Positions 27,916 through 41,814 of a DNA stretch of 64,000 bases are shown here, one piece after another. The stretch comes from Octopus sinensis. Lineage: Eukaryota. The notes under the pieces were generated by a model. It ran no database searches. It saw nothing but the letters and a program-made list of their open reading frames with translations, and was not told the origin of the DNA. Each line of letters starts with the position of its first letter. The first letter of the stretch is position 1. The stretch spans positions 5,022,001-5,086,000 of the forward strand of contig NC_043001.1 of the NCBI RefSeq assembly GCF_006345805.1, given 5' to 3'. Made by a program: the position numbers and the translations under genes.

Positions 27916-29119
27916 ACAGAAAAATGTGTGATGGGTCATATGTACTCCAGGCGATTCTGTAAATCCCAGATCTTTTTCAAAATACTGCCGTCAACGCTTT
28001 GCTCTATACTTCGAAAATATATTAAAATACCAGTGAAAATGGTGACAAAATATAATGAATATATTCATATATATATAAATAGATAGATATAATGAAATGA
28101 ATAAACACGGAGAGAAATAACAAATTATAACTCTCCAAGTTTAAGACGTTTTCCGTTGTTTGGACATTAATACATAGACGGGAATGTGGAGCGACAGAAA
28201 ACGTTTCAATAGGATGACAGGCGAACGATTTTCTCAATAATGTTTGAAACTTCAACATTTTATTGGTACAGAGGCACATAATGTATTGTATTTGACAAGT
28301 TTATGTCTGCAATATGACTTCACCGAACAAGAGTAGCTAATTCCAAATGAACAATGGGGATTTGATTATTAATACTATTTGTCAGATGTATTAACTTCAG
28401 TTCACCTCTTTCTAGATTTTTAATTCAGACGTGTTCGATGTATACAGACTCGATTTAAATGCCTGGATTGCCGAGAAATTGAAATGGTTTCAATTCTTCG
28501 CTGAATTGAATAGAATTTCCGTATGAAAAACTGTGTTTAGTAAAATTATAATTTTCTCAGCGAGCGAATATTTGGCAGCTCACCAGCCGGAGATAGCAGA
28601 AACAAATTCTTAGCATTATATGGTATAGTGGTGAAGATGGAATTATTATATTTGGTTATGATGTGCTGTCTGACTCTACAGAGACAGAATGGCAATGGTG
28701 GAATTCATTCCATTAATGATGAAACAACTTCAAAAACCTACATGAATATAACTACTTACATGCATATATCTATAAAGTAATCTGTTTGTTCGTTCGTCCG
28801 TTATACTTTAGTTGTTGTTGTTTTTGTTGGTGGTGGTAGTAGTGGTGGTTGTAGTGGTGGTAGTTGTAGTGGTGGTGGTGATATGTTGATATCAGACAGC
28901 ATTTTTTATGCAACTATATTTATAATATATTTCTTCTACCTGTTCGTAGAATAATGATAATACCAATATAGTTCGTGAAAGAAGAGGAGGAGGTGGCGAG
29001 AGGGAGGGGGATGGAATATAAGTTTGTGGGAAAGAACAGATAGCCAGCGGATGCATTATGCTGTCACTTATGTGGTTCGTGGAAGTGAGTGGTGAAGAGA
29101 AAGAAACGAATGCTAAAGA

Positions 29120-29770
29120 CAAGAGGAAGGGAATTCCAGGGTGAAAAAGGTTGATGAGAACCGACGAGAAAATGGGAAATGTTAAAGATGAAGATGGGAT
29201 TGTCATGGTTAAAACGTTTGTGAAAAGACGAAGGGAAGGAGAGGAATTTTAGAGAGTTGAGGAAGGGATATCCATAGTTAAAAAGTTTGTTCAGAGGTGA
29301 AGTGAAAGAGGGAAATATTGAAAACTTGAAGAAGAGAATTCTATGATTAGAATGTTGGTGGAGAGGCGAAATGAAACGGGAAAATATTAAAGACTTGCTG
29401 AAGGGAATTGCATAGTCTGAAACTTTGCGGACGGGCGAAAAGAGAGAAATATCAAAGACATGAAGAGGGGATTTCCATGGTAAAAAATTGTGTGCAGAAC
29501 CGAAGGGGAAAGAAAGAAATGTTAAACATATGAAGAGGGGAATTCCATGGTTAACATGTTTGTGGAGAGGCGAAGTGAATGAGGAAAATACTGAAGATAT
29601 GAAGAGGGTAATCCAATGCTTAAAACCTTAATGGAGAGGCGTAGGCAAGGAGGAAATGTTCAAGTGGACGGGGAACAAATTTTTAAGACAGAAAGAAAAT
29701 GTCATGTTTAAAATGTTTCTGGAAAGGTGAAGGGGAAGAGAATTGTTAAATGCTTGATGAGGGTTATTTC
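29120..29770 (+). repeat. Degenerate purine-rich minisatellite, ~69-bp unit, at least 8 copies
   Basis: Motif g(a/g)aagggaattccatggttaaaa.gtttgtggagaggcgaa recurs with anchors at 29131, 29198, 29267, 29336, 29405, 29470, 29540 and 29609. Confidence 0.85.
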
Positions 29771-31199
29771 TTCTAGAAAATATTTGCCCAAAATATCACA
29801 TAGTCACGCTTGTTTAAATATGCGTGTGTGTTTATAGAAAGACAGGCACACACACACATATAATCATAACGGAATCATAATTGTACATACACACACACTC
29901 TCACATATATAACTTTATACATATAAGGGTAAAAGTATTAAATAATTAATGTATATATATATATACATATACATATACATATACGTATACGTATACATAT
30001 GCATATGTATTTGTATACAGAGAGATTGAAACGGAAAGAGAGCAAGGTAGATACATTTATCAGTATCCATGCTGTATCTATTGTTGTCAATATCCTGATT
30101 GAATTGTTTCACATAAGGGAACCAAAATTCTGCCACCCGTTTACGAACGGTTGGCGGAATGCATTACGAACGATATTCATAGAAGTTTCTTACTTGATTA
30201 GAAAGGATTCTTATCAAATCTACCCGGATGTAAATCATATCTCGATGTTAAGGTTCACAATTTCTTTTATAAAATTAAATTGTACAAAACGTCTCACGTT
30301 TTACTATATATTAGAACATATATTACTGTTACTTCATAATATTAAAATATTCACCAAGTTCTAAATGTATATATCATGGCAAATGAATGTTAATCTTCTC
30401 TGCCCACCCGCAGATATTATTAAGGAGAAATGTAAATTTCTATGATGCAAATTTTCGATTCGATTTACCAAATGTTTAACGTGGAATACAATATAATCCT
30501 GACAGGACAACAGGAACTACGAGACTCACACAAGTACGACAATGATGAACATCCTGAATGGTAATTATCAGCTGCCACTATCTTCGAGTGTTAATAACGA
30601 TGATGCAGACGGTGTCGGCGACGGCTGTGGTGGTAATCAAAATGGCGACGTTATTGCTTGTAATGATTGAGGTGTTGACAACGATGATAATGATAACGAT
30701 ATTTGAAGGTGCTAATAGTCTCCATCTTCGTAGTCATTATTTAAGTTAATCGTATGAAGCCGTATTTCCGCAAACAATAATAGAGTGAGGATCAAAAACA
30801 GCTTCACCTGGAAGCATTTCTTCTTTTTTTGTATTCCCTAAAACCGTTCTTCTCACAATTTTGACAGTAAATTACTCCCACCCATCCACCATTATTAATA
30901 TCATATTACAGGGTGCAGTCATACTTGTTCTTATAATTCTGGTGGCATTTAACCAGTTTGGGTGAAACCGACTCCCGGCATATGGTTCAACATGTCCCCG
31001 ATAAATAACCACCACATCCGACAGTCGACCGTAACGTTGTAGCAGTCACAGTAATGTTTTTGCCTGCGGCCCAGATACCCTATACGCAATTGTGACAATC
31101 ATCTCCGTGTATCATTAGGTTACACGGACGCCGTAACTTTATTAGTCATTCATTGTTGAGGTGAAGCATTCATGTCTGAAGTTTCAGTTGGCATAGAAG

Positions 31200-31830
31200 T
31201 TCGCATGTGGTCCCCGGTCACATGCGTACACACTTTGGGATTGTGCGATCCGTAATAGTTCATAACCTCGTCAACTGATCAAGTCACCGCCGATTGTCGC
31301 AGCAGATGTACTGTGGGTTTCAAGTTGGTGACTCACATGCTAGTAAGTGCCTACCAGTGACCTTAACAGGGCTATTACTCTGATTCAAAATTAACCTTGG
31401 AGCAATAGGGAATAACAGGATGTTCCAAACTTCTCAAAACATTCGAACTCCCGTTCCAAATCCCCGTTATTGGATGAATTGTCAAGTCTTACCCAGTACA
31501 CGAAGCCATGCTGTTCTGTATACGACTGTTAAATTATTTTATCTGTTTAATCTTCTATGAGTCTACACTCGTATTTTTCACCTCGTGTCTCTCACCTCTA
31601 ACATTCATTTAGTTGTTACTTTGATATATTTGTAATTTATCTCCGGGAATCATTAACTATCACATAGTTACACATTACAAACTTTTTCTGTAATCCTCTC
31701 CCGTTTTTCATAATTTTTATGCCATCCGAAGAAGAACAATTTCCGAAACGTTAGATGTCGATGCTTCCCCATGATGTAAAACACATTCCATTCTTTCTCC
31801 CGATTTTGTTATTACTAGTAAACAAAAGAC
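31200..31830 (+). mobile_element. Possible PLE 3' end (very decayed) with HHR relic
   Basis: Pyrimidine-rich 3' UTR-like stretch followed by CCGAAGA-AGAAcaauUUCC-GAAACGUU. Upstream coding similarity is weak. Confidence 0.35.
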
Positions 31831-34800
31831 GTTGTCGGTTTCCCAGGTTTCTTTAGCTTTATTCATAAGCCAGTAGTCTGTCTCCATATTCACGTACGTA
31901 TATGTATTCTGTTGATAAAGATATGTCGAGATATAGAATTCGAAGAAGTATTCATATAAAAGATATAAATAAATACATTATATTTATTGCTTTTATCCAG
32001 TGAATGCTCAGGGCCACGTCGCTATATTGAATGTATTTAGGAAGTTAGTGATAAATTTCTGTAAACTTTCTCGTGACAAGCCAAGCAGTTATATTCTTGA
32101 AATGAAAAGTTAAAAAAAGGAAAATATCAGATTCCTTTACATTCCTTGGAGAAAATTCTAATAGAAATAGCAAACCTAAGACAAATATTATTACAACCCA
32201 CTCTAATGAGGCTGTGCCAATTCTACAGATCACTGAATAGCAAACATTATTATTTTGAATGTATAAAAATAGAGAAAAACAGAAAATGAAACAAGTGCCT
32301 GGACGCATATCTGCTTAGTTATTGGAGTATGGTGAAACAAGATGAAATAAAACCCTCAAAGGAAATATAAATGATAAATTCGTTTCTTAGAAGGGTAAGA
32401 TGGAGATTCAAGAAATTCAAGAATGAAATAAATAGAAAAGAACTGACACCAAATAACATATATTTTATATCTTGTATTTCCCAAGAAAATATTCTCTAAA
32501 ATTTGCTGCTGTAAAAGAATATTAGAAATTGAACAAAAATAATAACGGGATCGGGTTACATTCACGCTAAAATCGGCTCAATAATTTGAGATGCGTTTTT
32601 CTTCAGTTTTCTCTATATATATTCTCAATTATTTTTTATACTTGCTGTTGTACTATTCCATCAATTTTATGTTATATAGCCTGGGTCAGGTGTGATCACT
32701 CAGACTTATGACAGAAGTAATACACTGGCTGTTTATTGGTGGTTTTCTATATGCTGAACACGTGCTATAGCAGTCAGTCAATTACTCAATGCTGTTGTTC
32801 GCTGTAACATTTATAATATTCTTTATTTCCGTAAACATCGGGACTATTACGTAGTTAAATTATATTCCGTTCATTTTCTTCTATAACATCACTACATTCA
32901 GCTGCCAGGTACCACATTTTACGTTTATACAAACCCTTTCATTGCTGTTGAGGTATGATTAAAAATATCTGTCATACTCCCTTCTGTGTACAATTACGCT
33001 TGCGTATATTCGGGTTACGCCGCTATAGAAATGTGTAACGTGGTACTTGCTTATGCCTAACATGTTTCTCTCTTAAAGAAAATACTTTTGCCTACAATAA
33101 CAGTGAACTTCACTCCACGCGTGAGCTAATTTCTAGTTGCATTTGAATAATTTATCATCCTCGAATCTAGAAATAATTGTGACGACGTTATCCATTCTTC
33201 TGTGTTAATATTTGTTAAAGAGGAATTCATCGAATTATTTAATCATAACACTCGAATATCATGGTATTTCCATCTGAACAAATGTAATAGTTAAACTACT
33301 ATATACTATGATCTATAAGGTTCGAGCGAATAAGGATAAACCAAAACTGTAACAGACATTTTAACTTCTAATAATATTGCGATGTATTTAACAATCAATA
33401 TATTTTACGAACAATTCAGAAAAATTGCTCCTTTGTTATTTTATTTATTTATTTGGCAAATATCACTTGTTTTTATGCGAGGTGCATCTTGACAGTGCAA
33501 ATAATAAAGAGAGCCACTTTCGTTGTAAGCACATCTAATTTGTCTCTAGTGTTTCCATTGACTTTTCAGAAACATTTTGGCACCCAAAATATAAGTATGA
33601 CATACAGTTTGCCGAGTGGTTCTCATTATCGAGAAATGCTATTTTTTAATGCTATTCGGATATTTCTTTTTGCACTTTCTGTTGTTGTTTTTTCTTCTTT
33701 ATTCAAACCATTTTCCAATTTTGAGTTTTTCTGCTACTTTATATAAATTTAGGCCTTGGATTAACTCTTCTCTATTATTATATCTAACACCGTTTACGCA
33801 TTGGAGGCATTCAGTTCTCTTCCTGTCAGCACTTTTTTTCCTTTTCCATGATATGTGTATGCAATGAGGGTTATTATGTGAATAAGTGTGTAGACAAACA
33901 TATTTATTTTATCATGTCTGTGTTCTTCACGTTAAGTCTTCCCCACAGTGTGAAACATATGTTACATAGTTGTAGATTTTAAACGTAATTTCGATGTAGT
34001 AAGCTTTTAATCGTTTCATATTATTACATAGTTAATACTTAACTGTGTTTGAGCAAGAATTCACAACTACAGAATTGCAAAATAATTCTACATCGTTTCA
34101 GCAAGTATTTGATCAACCCAGCTATAAAAGGGGTGCTAACAATTTCAACGGTATAACGAAAGGCTAGGCTGGAGGCCCAAATTTCCCAGTTCGTTTACAT
34201 GGGGTAGAAAAACTGAAGGACCGCTGCAATAAGTTTGTAGATATGAGAGGGGAATATTTTGAATAGAATAATTAACAGTTCCTCTTGTATTTTCCCTTAC
34301 ACAAAGCCAAGAATTTAGCAGCATCCCTCGTATATTTACGTTCAGAAACAAACCTATAATCACTGAAACAACAGAATATTTTACGAATAGAGCAAGGTTA
34401 ATACATCTCTGTGTAAACAAATGTATTTATGAGACTTTCCAAAATCTTTGTAAGCATTTAACATTATAAGTTACAGGCTTATAATTTGTTTATGCTGATT
34501 ACAGGTAACTGGAAGTGGCGTACCTGTAATATATTTCACCAGCATACAATTGTCAATTATCTGTTTTTCCTCTTCATTCAAAATTTAATGAAATTGCATT
34601 TCGTGGAATTCATGTCAATTATTTCGCATAAGAAACAATAGTGCTATGCTAAACCATATTAGTCGTGTTTTCAGGAGTAATTACATCGAGATCTTGGAGA
34701 GCAAGTTATCAAAATTTAATAGAAAACGGGAAAGCAAATATACATGGCTTATGACATTCTCATTTTCATTAATGCTGAAAGTTAATATAATGAACGTCTA

Positions 34801-34855
34801 CCAAAAAATGTATTTAGTGTGACGGCATTTAATACTAGGATATATTTATAATATA

Positions 34856-35251
34856 CTAGCAGTATCGCTCGGCGTTGCTCGGGTTTGTAAGGGAAATAAC
34901 CATATAAGCATTTTTAGAGATGTAAAGTATAATAACCATCTCAATATGGCTAACAACAAAGGCGGGGTGTTACTGTAGCTTTTTACGTTCTGAGATTTAA
35001 TAATACATTTTTAGAGAGTTACTTCCCTTATATATGCCAAAAATGCATTAAAAATGGGAAACATTGATGGTAAATTATTTTTTAAATCGTAGACTCATCG
35101 TAGACGCGCGCTAATACCCAGAAGGGCTCGATATGAATCACGACTATCAGATACCCGGTTTTGTTCAAACTGCACCGCAAAATGTGGGATTAGTTAGGAA
35201 TCTAAATCGTAGGAGACAGACAGCACGCAACCTCTATTTTATATATAAAGA
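34856..35251 (-). mobile_element. Non-autonomous Helitron
   Basis: Minus strand starts A|TCTTTATATAT and ends with the subterminal imperfect hairpin cccgagcaacgccgag and CTAG|T. These are canonical 5'-TC / 3'-CTAG ends inserted between A and T with no TSD. Confidence 0.75.
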
Positions 35252-35329
35252 TTTCCCTTGTAATATGACATTTCTTACTGAGGAATATGCATAATATAAA
35301 TTTTCGTCAGGCAATATATACTGGATATA

Positions 35330-35935
35330 AGACAGCGTGCTGGCAGAAACTTTAGCACACCGGGCGAAATGTTTAGCAGTATTTCGTCTGCCGCTACGTT
35401 CTGAGGATCGACTTTGCCTTTCATCCTTTCGGGGTCAACAAATTAAGTATCAGTTACGCACTGGGGTCGATGTAATCGACTTAATCCGTTTGTCTGTCCT
35501 TGTTTGTTCCCTCTGTGTTTAGCCCCTTCTGGGTAGTAAAGAAATAGGTATTTCGTCTGCCGTTACATTCCGAGTTCAAATTCCGCCGAGGTCAACTTTG
35601 CCTTTCATTCTTTCGGGGTTGATAAATTAAATACCAGTTACGCACTGGGGTAATGTAATCGACTTAATCTCTCTACTTGTCCTCGTTTGTCCCCTCTATG
35701 TTTAGCCCCTTATGGGAAATAAAGAAATAAGAAATGTTAGCACGCCGAGAGAAATGCTTAGCAGTTTTTCGTCTGTCTTTATGTTAAGAGATCGAATTCC
35801 GCCGAAGTCGACTTTGCTTTTCATCCTTTCAGAGTCAATAACTTACGTACTAGTTGCGTACTGGGGTCGATATAATCGACTGACACCCTCCCACAAAATT
35901 CCAGGCTTTGTGCCTAGAGTAGAAAAGAACGTATA
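35330..35935 (+). mobile_element. Three head-to-tail SINE family A units
   Basis: gtatttcgtctgccg...gactttgcctttcat...ctggggtcgat occurs three times; the last unit has the alternative tail. Confidence 0.85.
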
Positions 35936-38900
35936 CTGGATAAGAATGAACAAGTATAACTAAATAAAAACTAGCTTTCCAACACTATATTTTTATCAAA
36001 GGGATTTGTGTTAATATTATTTATACGATGGTTCAAATAACACCTGAAATGCCGCCCTCTTGGCAGTTTAAATTTGTAGTTCCGAATTTGCAACACTAAT
36101 GTATTTTATCATTCCTTCGGTGTAATTTAATTTCTTTTTTGTTTTTGATGCCAAATAGATTCAGGGAAATAAGTCCCACGACTCCATCTGACTATATCAG
36201 TCTAGAAAGCTCCTACATATACCAATTCTCTTATGTAGTATCAGAAAGGATACTAGCTGTAGATACATGCAATGCAACGTGGGTTTGATACTACTGATAT
36301 ATATTTTGTGATATCATATATTACAGTTATTATGTATTAGAGATATAAAGGCAGATATATATTTTCCTGCTAAGACTTGAATGTAAACGATGTTTATTCT
36401 TCATGGTAAATGCAATTACTAAATTAGATTCCACCTTTTGATATACACTAGACCTTTCTGAATGAAGAGAGGTAGTTGGATATTTTCTAACTTAAAGATC
36501 AGCCACTTCACATGTGGTCTACTGATTTTGAAAATCGAAGATTAATTTCAAATTTTTTTTTTAGCCGATATTTTATCATAAGAAGACAAAAGAATAACTT
36601 TGTTGGTGAAATATAGTCATCCGTTACATGTTTCTATGAGTGAAAGAGGCGAATCATTTTGGCGAATGCATGTCACGACATACGCGGTGTGTATGCCACG
36701 TTTTGAGCCTTCAAGGTCTTTGAGCCTTGGAATCTTGTAACCATGTTTTTGGGGGTTTTTTTAGGCTCAAGACTTTAGATACACTCCTCGTACATCAACA
36801 CCAGTATCTTGATTGTGGCTTAAATATTTTTCACACAACGCTGTTTAATTTAAGATGCCAGAGCTGAGGTTTACACATACAACCATTGTTTGTGGTATCA
36901 TATATTGCGAAGCATTTATTTACACTTAGTTGTCCTTAATACGAATTAAACATTAATTTTCATAGAAAATATATTTTCTACATTTCCCGCAAAGTTAACT
37001 AAACACCACCAGTCTTCTCTGTTATTTTTCATTTTATTTTTCTTCAACTCGTCAACACCTGCTTTGCCTCCGTTATTCATCGCTGGCAGCAGATAATAAT
37101 TATAATAAATTAAGTGTAATTGCTTAAGATATTTATAAAATAAGACATATCAATTTATATTTCTTTATTCTTCATTTTATATATTTTAACGCTTTTCTAA
37201 TTAAACAAAATTACGATTCCTCAAGCTAGTTTTCCAATTATTAAATGATGTTGGAAAATAACACGATATAAAAATTGTTATTATTCAAGAACGGTGTACT
37301 GTTTATAAATTGTTCGTAAGTTTATAAATTATAAACGAATGGGTTTGAGATTTCTTGTGACTCTAACGATTGTGAAATCTGAGTGCTTAAACATTTTCTC
37401 AAACAGAGAAACTAAAAGTTACTAAAGGATAAAAAACAAAGATAAAAACGTATGTAATGTTATATATTGTCACATTTACCTACACCGCTTTGAGACTGCC
37501 TGGAACCTTGTTCCCTGCCCCGATTAAGTAATTTAACTGGTGTGTTTCTCAAGCAGAAATTTTGATTTCTACAAGTTCGTTGTGAACCTTATCGAATAAC
37601 TGCCATTTAAACGAAGTCTACCATTATTTTAGGCAATGCAAATGTCTTCCTCAGAACAATATGGAGCGGGATACAATTTTTGTAGCCTATGACATTTACT
37701 CGTTAGATTGCTGTGTAAATAGTGTTCGATTTCAATATATGGAAGCGTTGCAGACTATGTTTATATGTAAGTTCGTGCCAAGTATGTACGTAGAAACCTT
37801 ACACCCGATTTGAAGGACAGAAACGGGGAAAATGCCCTAACTTCTGGATGCCAAATAAAGCTACATATGTTACTTTATTTTACCTAATGACATGGACTGA
37901 GATTTAGACAAATATTTATGACCCAGCCGTAGCCTATGAAATGTTGTGATATTCAGTAAAGTATTAGAGCTCATTAATAAAAAGTCATGGTGAATGAATT
38001 TAGTTATGACAAGGGCAAATTTTGTAGCTTTTCTGTGTTTTAAAATTCTTACAGGAGCTGTTAGACCGAACAGGAATCTGAAAACGATAGAAGTTTACCC
38101 TGACAATACACGGCAACATCCATTTTGGCAGTTTATTAGGCATTCCGTGTGTTGTTCTGTTTGATGCTTTGCCATTCAGCAAACAGTCTCTCTATATAGC
38201 TCTCCTATTTCTGTATATGGTGTGCGTTGAAAGATAATCTTCAGAACGAAATATTTATCTCACAGTGGAAGGGAAATCAGCTGTGGGAAAATGAGCCCAC
38301 GAGTGCAGATGGGAAACATTATGAATAGCGATTATTTAAATTCAAGATAAGGAACATGCATCGCTGGTAATGGAAATTGTGTTATGTAATAAAGGAAGAT
38401 TACGTTACGTATATAGGAAGGGCTATTTTCTGTATGTGCAATTTGAAACCGTCTATCTCTATTAATCCTCGATTCTTCCATTCGTTCTTGTCTATTTTGC
38501 ATTTCTTGCGACACATGGCGTTTAACTAAAAGTATTATCTTCCTGTTCGACAAGGACGAAACTAAATCTTTGCATTTCTTTGTTTAAATTTCACAATATT
38601 TATTAGTACAGTTTTATTTACGAAATTGAAATACATTCATCTCTCGGTTTTGTGATTGTTTTTTTTATGTTACCTCAAACGTTAATAGTTGTGGCTCAAG
38701 GGTTTTTAAAGTGTAGTCATGGTTGCATTCTTTCGAGAATTCGTTCCCAATAAATAATACCTTCCTGCAACAATACACCCTTTGTGCGACAGTGCTTGAT
38801 CTATTAGGAATCCATGAGTATTCGTGTGTTTTACATTTGCAAGCATGTATGTGTGAGTGGGCAAATGTGTATAGAAAGGCGAGAAAGAATGGGCAAGATG

Positions 38901-40222
38901 TAGAATTCATGAACAATGTTGCCTGGGTCTGAATACAATTTAATATCATTTGAAGTTTGGTTAATCCAATTAGCTGAAGCAATACCACAAATTTTATAAT
39001 ACGTTCGAATTGACGCCATTCTTTCACTCATTTTATAACCATTCCGTTTTGAATATTATCTTGTTTACGTAGTTTGGCAAATCTACTTTTCTAAAACCGG
39101 ATCTCTGAAGGAATAGATAGATTTAGCAAGAATAATTCTATAATAATAAATACAGAGAAAGACTACAATATATTTAACGGAATCGATTTACTATTCCAAA
39201 TATACGCAAGGCATATCGGAGTTATACAGACGTATTATAACGCATCCAGCTTCATTCCATCGGTTATGGAAACATATGAGGCTAACGAGATAATGCGTCT
39301 TGTTTAAGAAGTTTCATTCAAAATGTCTATTATTCAGTGATTTATAATATACAGAAGATAACATTAAACATGTCTCCTAAAGTATCGCATATTCCATTGC
39401 TAATGAATATTGAGGTCAACGTGGAAATGACATCACCACCTCCAACACCAATCTAAGAACAGTCCAGGGCAGTAATAGAAACTAGTGCTGCAGAAGAAGA
39501 CAACTCTCCTACAATAGAATACAATAAGTAGTCGTGAAAGGCATGATTGTTTTGCAAATGTACGATACGTCTCGTAGGATTGAGCACCAAACATTTCAGA
39601 TAATTAATGTCATTGTGTTTCCCATGTCAACATGTATTAAACTGATGTAAACTACAAAACATCGTCTCCTACATTCTCATTGAAAGACATATATTTCACC
39701 TCAGTCGCTGTTCAAGTAAAACAGCTATCATTAAAATGCAATTTTCTTTCAACATGTTCTCAGCATTTAATCGCATTAAATGTCTATTTTGATATACGTT
39801 CCTTTCATTTGATGCAACACTTATTGTTCAGCTATCGTCTTAATTCATTTAAGCACACTTTATATCCTATATATACAATTTACATATAAAGTATCGCATC
39901 GCAGTTCGTTTCAATATTCAGCTGACATCACATTATTTTCTAAGCGAATTTCTTAAAACATCTCACACACTTTTAACAAACATAACACAGCAAGAATTAG
40001 ATTATCTTACATAGTTTTCTATCAATATTGAACTGCACTTTTCCTACGCCCAACACATCTTCAAATTCCTGGTCATTTTCATCCATGGCTGCTAACAAAT
40101 TCCAACCACTAACGTAATCATTTCTTTAAAAAGCAGCAGAAGAAAATCCTTGGATTTGCAACGATAGATAAAACTGCTGAAATTGTTTCTTATATTTCAA
40201 AGAGTAGCTAGATGCATCACTG

Positions 40223-40443
40223 TTTTACTCTTTTACTTGTTTCAGTCATGTGAATGTGGCCATGCTGGAGCACCACCTTTAGTCAAGCAAGTCGACCCCA
40301 GGACTAATTCTTTGTAAGACTAATAATTATTCTATCGGTCTCTTTGCCGAACCGCTAGTTGACAGGAACGTAAACACACTAGCATTGGTTGTCAAGCAAC
40401 GCTGGGGAGACAAACACAGACACACAAACACATATATATATAT

Positions 40444-40495
<52 letters not shown>

Positions 40496-40661
40496 CAACG
40501 AGCTTCTTTCAGTGTCTGTCTGCCAAATCCACTCATAAGGCTTTGGTCGGCCCGAGGCTATAGTAAAAGACACTTGCCCAAGGTGCCACTCAGTAGGACT
40601 GAACACCGAACAATGTGGTTGGGAAGCAAGCTACTTACAACACAGCCACTCCTGCGCCTTA
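40223..40661 (-). mobile_element. SINE family B
   Basis: Homologous to 53841-54254. Confidence 0.9.
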
Positions 40662-40941
40662 TATATGTTTCTTACTAGTTTTACGCTATTCGGTGAAATG
40701 TGGAGGCTATCTACGTCATACATTAACATGTCACTCTTATATAATATCACATATTGCTCGAAACACATAACATTTTCAATCCGTTTAGTGGTTTGCTAGT
40801 TCTATTTAGCAGCGAAAGAGTTGCGTCCGTCAAACGCAGTTTCAGCTTCATTCACATTCATATACATAAATGTCAAATATATAATTTACATCGAATAGAT
40901 AAAACATATCCATGTAAAGGATATCATTAACATATATCTCT

Positions 40942-41348
40942 CTTTTTACTCTTTTCATTGTTTCAGTCATTTGACTGTGGCCATGCTGGAGCACCGCCTT
41001 TAGTCGAACAAATCGACCCCGGGACTTATTCTTTGTAAGCCCAGTACTTATTCTATAGGTCTATTTGCCGAACCGCTAAGTGACGTGGACGTAAACACAC
41101 CAGCATCGGTTGTCATGCGATGCTAGCGTCACAAACACAGACACACGCACACACACACACACACATATATATATACATATACATATATACGACAGGCTTC
41201 TTTCAGTTTCCGTCTACCAAATCCACTCACAAGGCATTGGTCGGCCCGGGGCTATAGCAGAAGACACTTGCCCAAGATGCCACGCAGTGGGACCGAACAC
41301 GGAACCATGTGGTTGGTTAGCAAGCTACTTACCACACAGCCACTCCAC
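40942..41348 (-). mobile_element. SINE family B
   Basis: Homologous to 53841-54254. Confidence 0.9.
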
Positions 41349-41633
41349 TTAAATAAACAGAATCGCTACTCACTGCAGCAATCTGGTGGCCTAAGCGCTA
41401 GAGGTTGCGAGTATTTAACTCCCGTCTACCGATATAAACAGGAGTGTATTTCACACGGAAATCCAATATGGGAGTTTATCATGTCGTAAATACGGCCCTA
41501 TAGGTTGTTATAAGAGAACAACCACGTTTAATTGGGGACGAATATTATGATAATGAAGGTAAGACAAAAACAATATTATATCATGTCTTGAATACATTAC
41601 CACTATGCTAGTGGTGGGTTCCAAGCCAATACT

Positions 41634-41677
<44 letters not shown>

Positions 41678-41771
41678 GTGTATACGCTAATTAAGTGAGG
41701 GGCATCCATCATATCCCAGAAATAGCGCTGTAAGACTACATCTATATCTTTATCCGCATATTTGTGTAATA

Positions 41772-41814
<43 letters not shown>

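Noticed and set aside
29120-29770. CRISPR-like array interpretation of periodic repeats
   Set aside because: The whole unit is degenerate with no constant repeat plus unique spacers, and the context is eukaryotic with no cas genes.
32555-32610. Minus-strand CUGAAGA followed by a hairpin
   Set aside because: GAA is not adjacent to the stem and there is no helix III or stem I.
37633-37766. Possible internal exon (ttttag|...|gtaagt, one open frame QCKCLPQNNMERD...)
   Set aside because: No recognisable protein similarity, weak polypyrimidine tract and no partner exons; consistent with chance.
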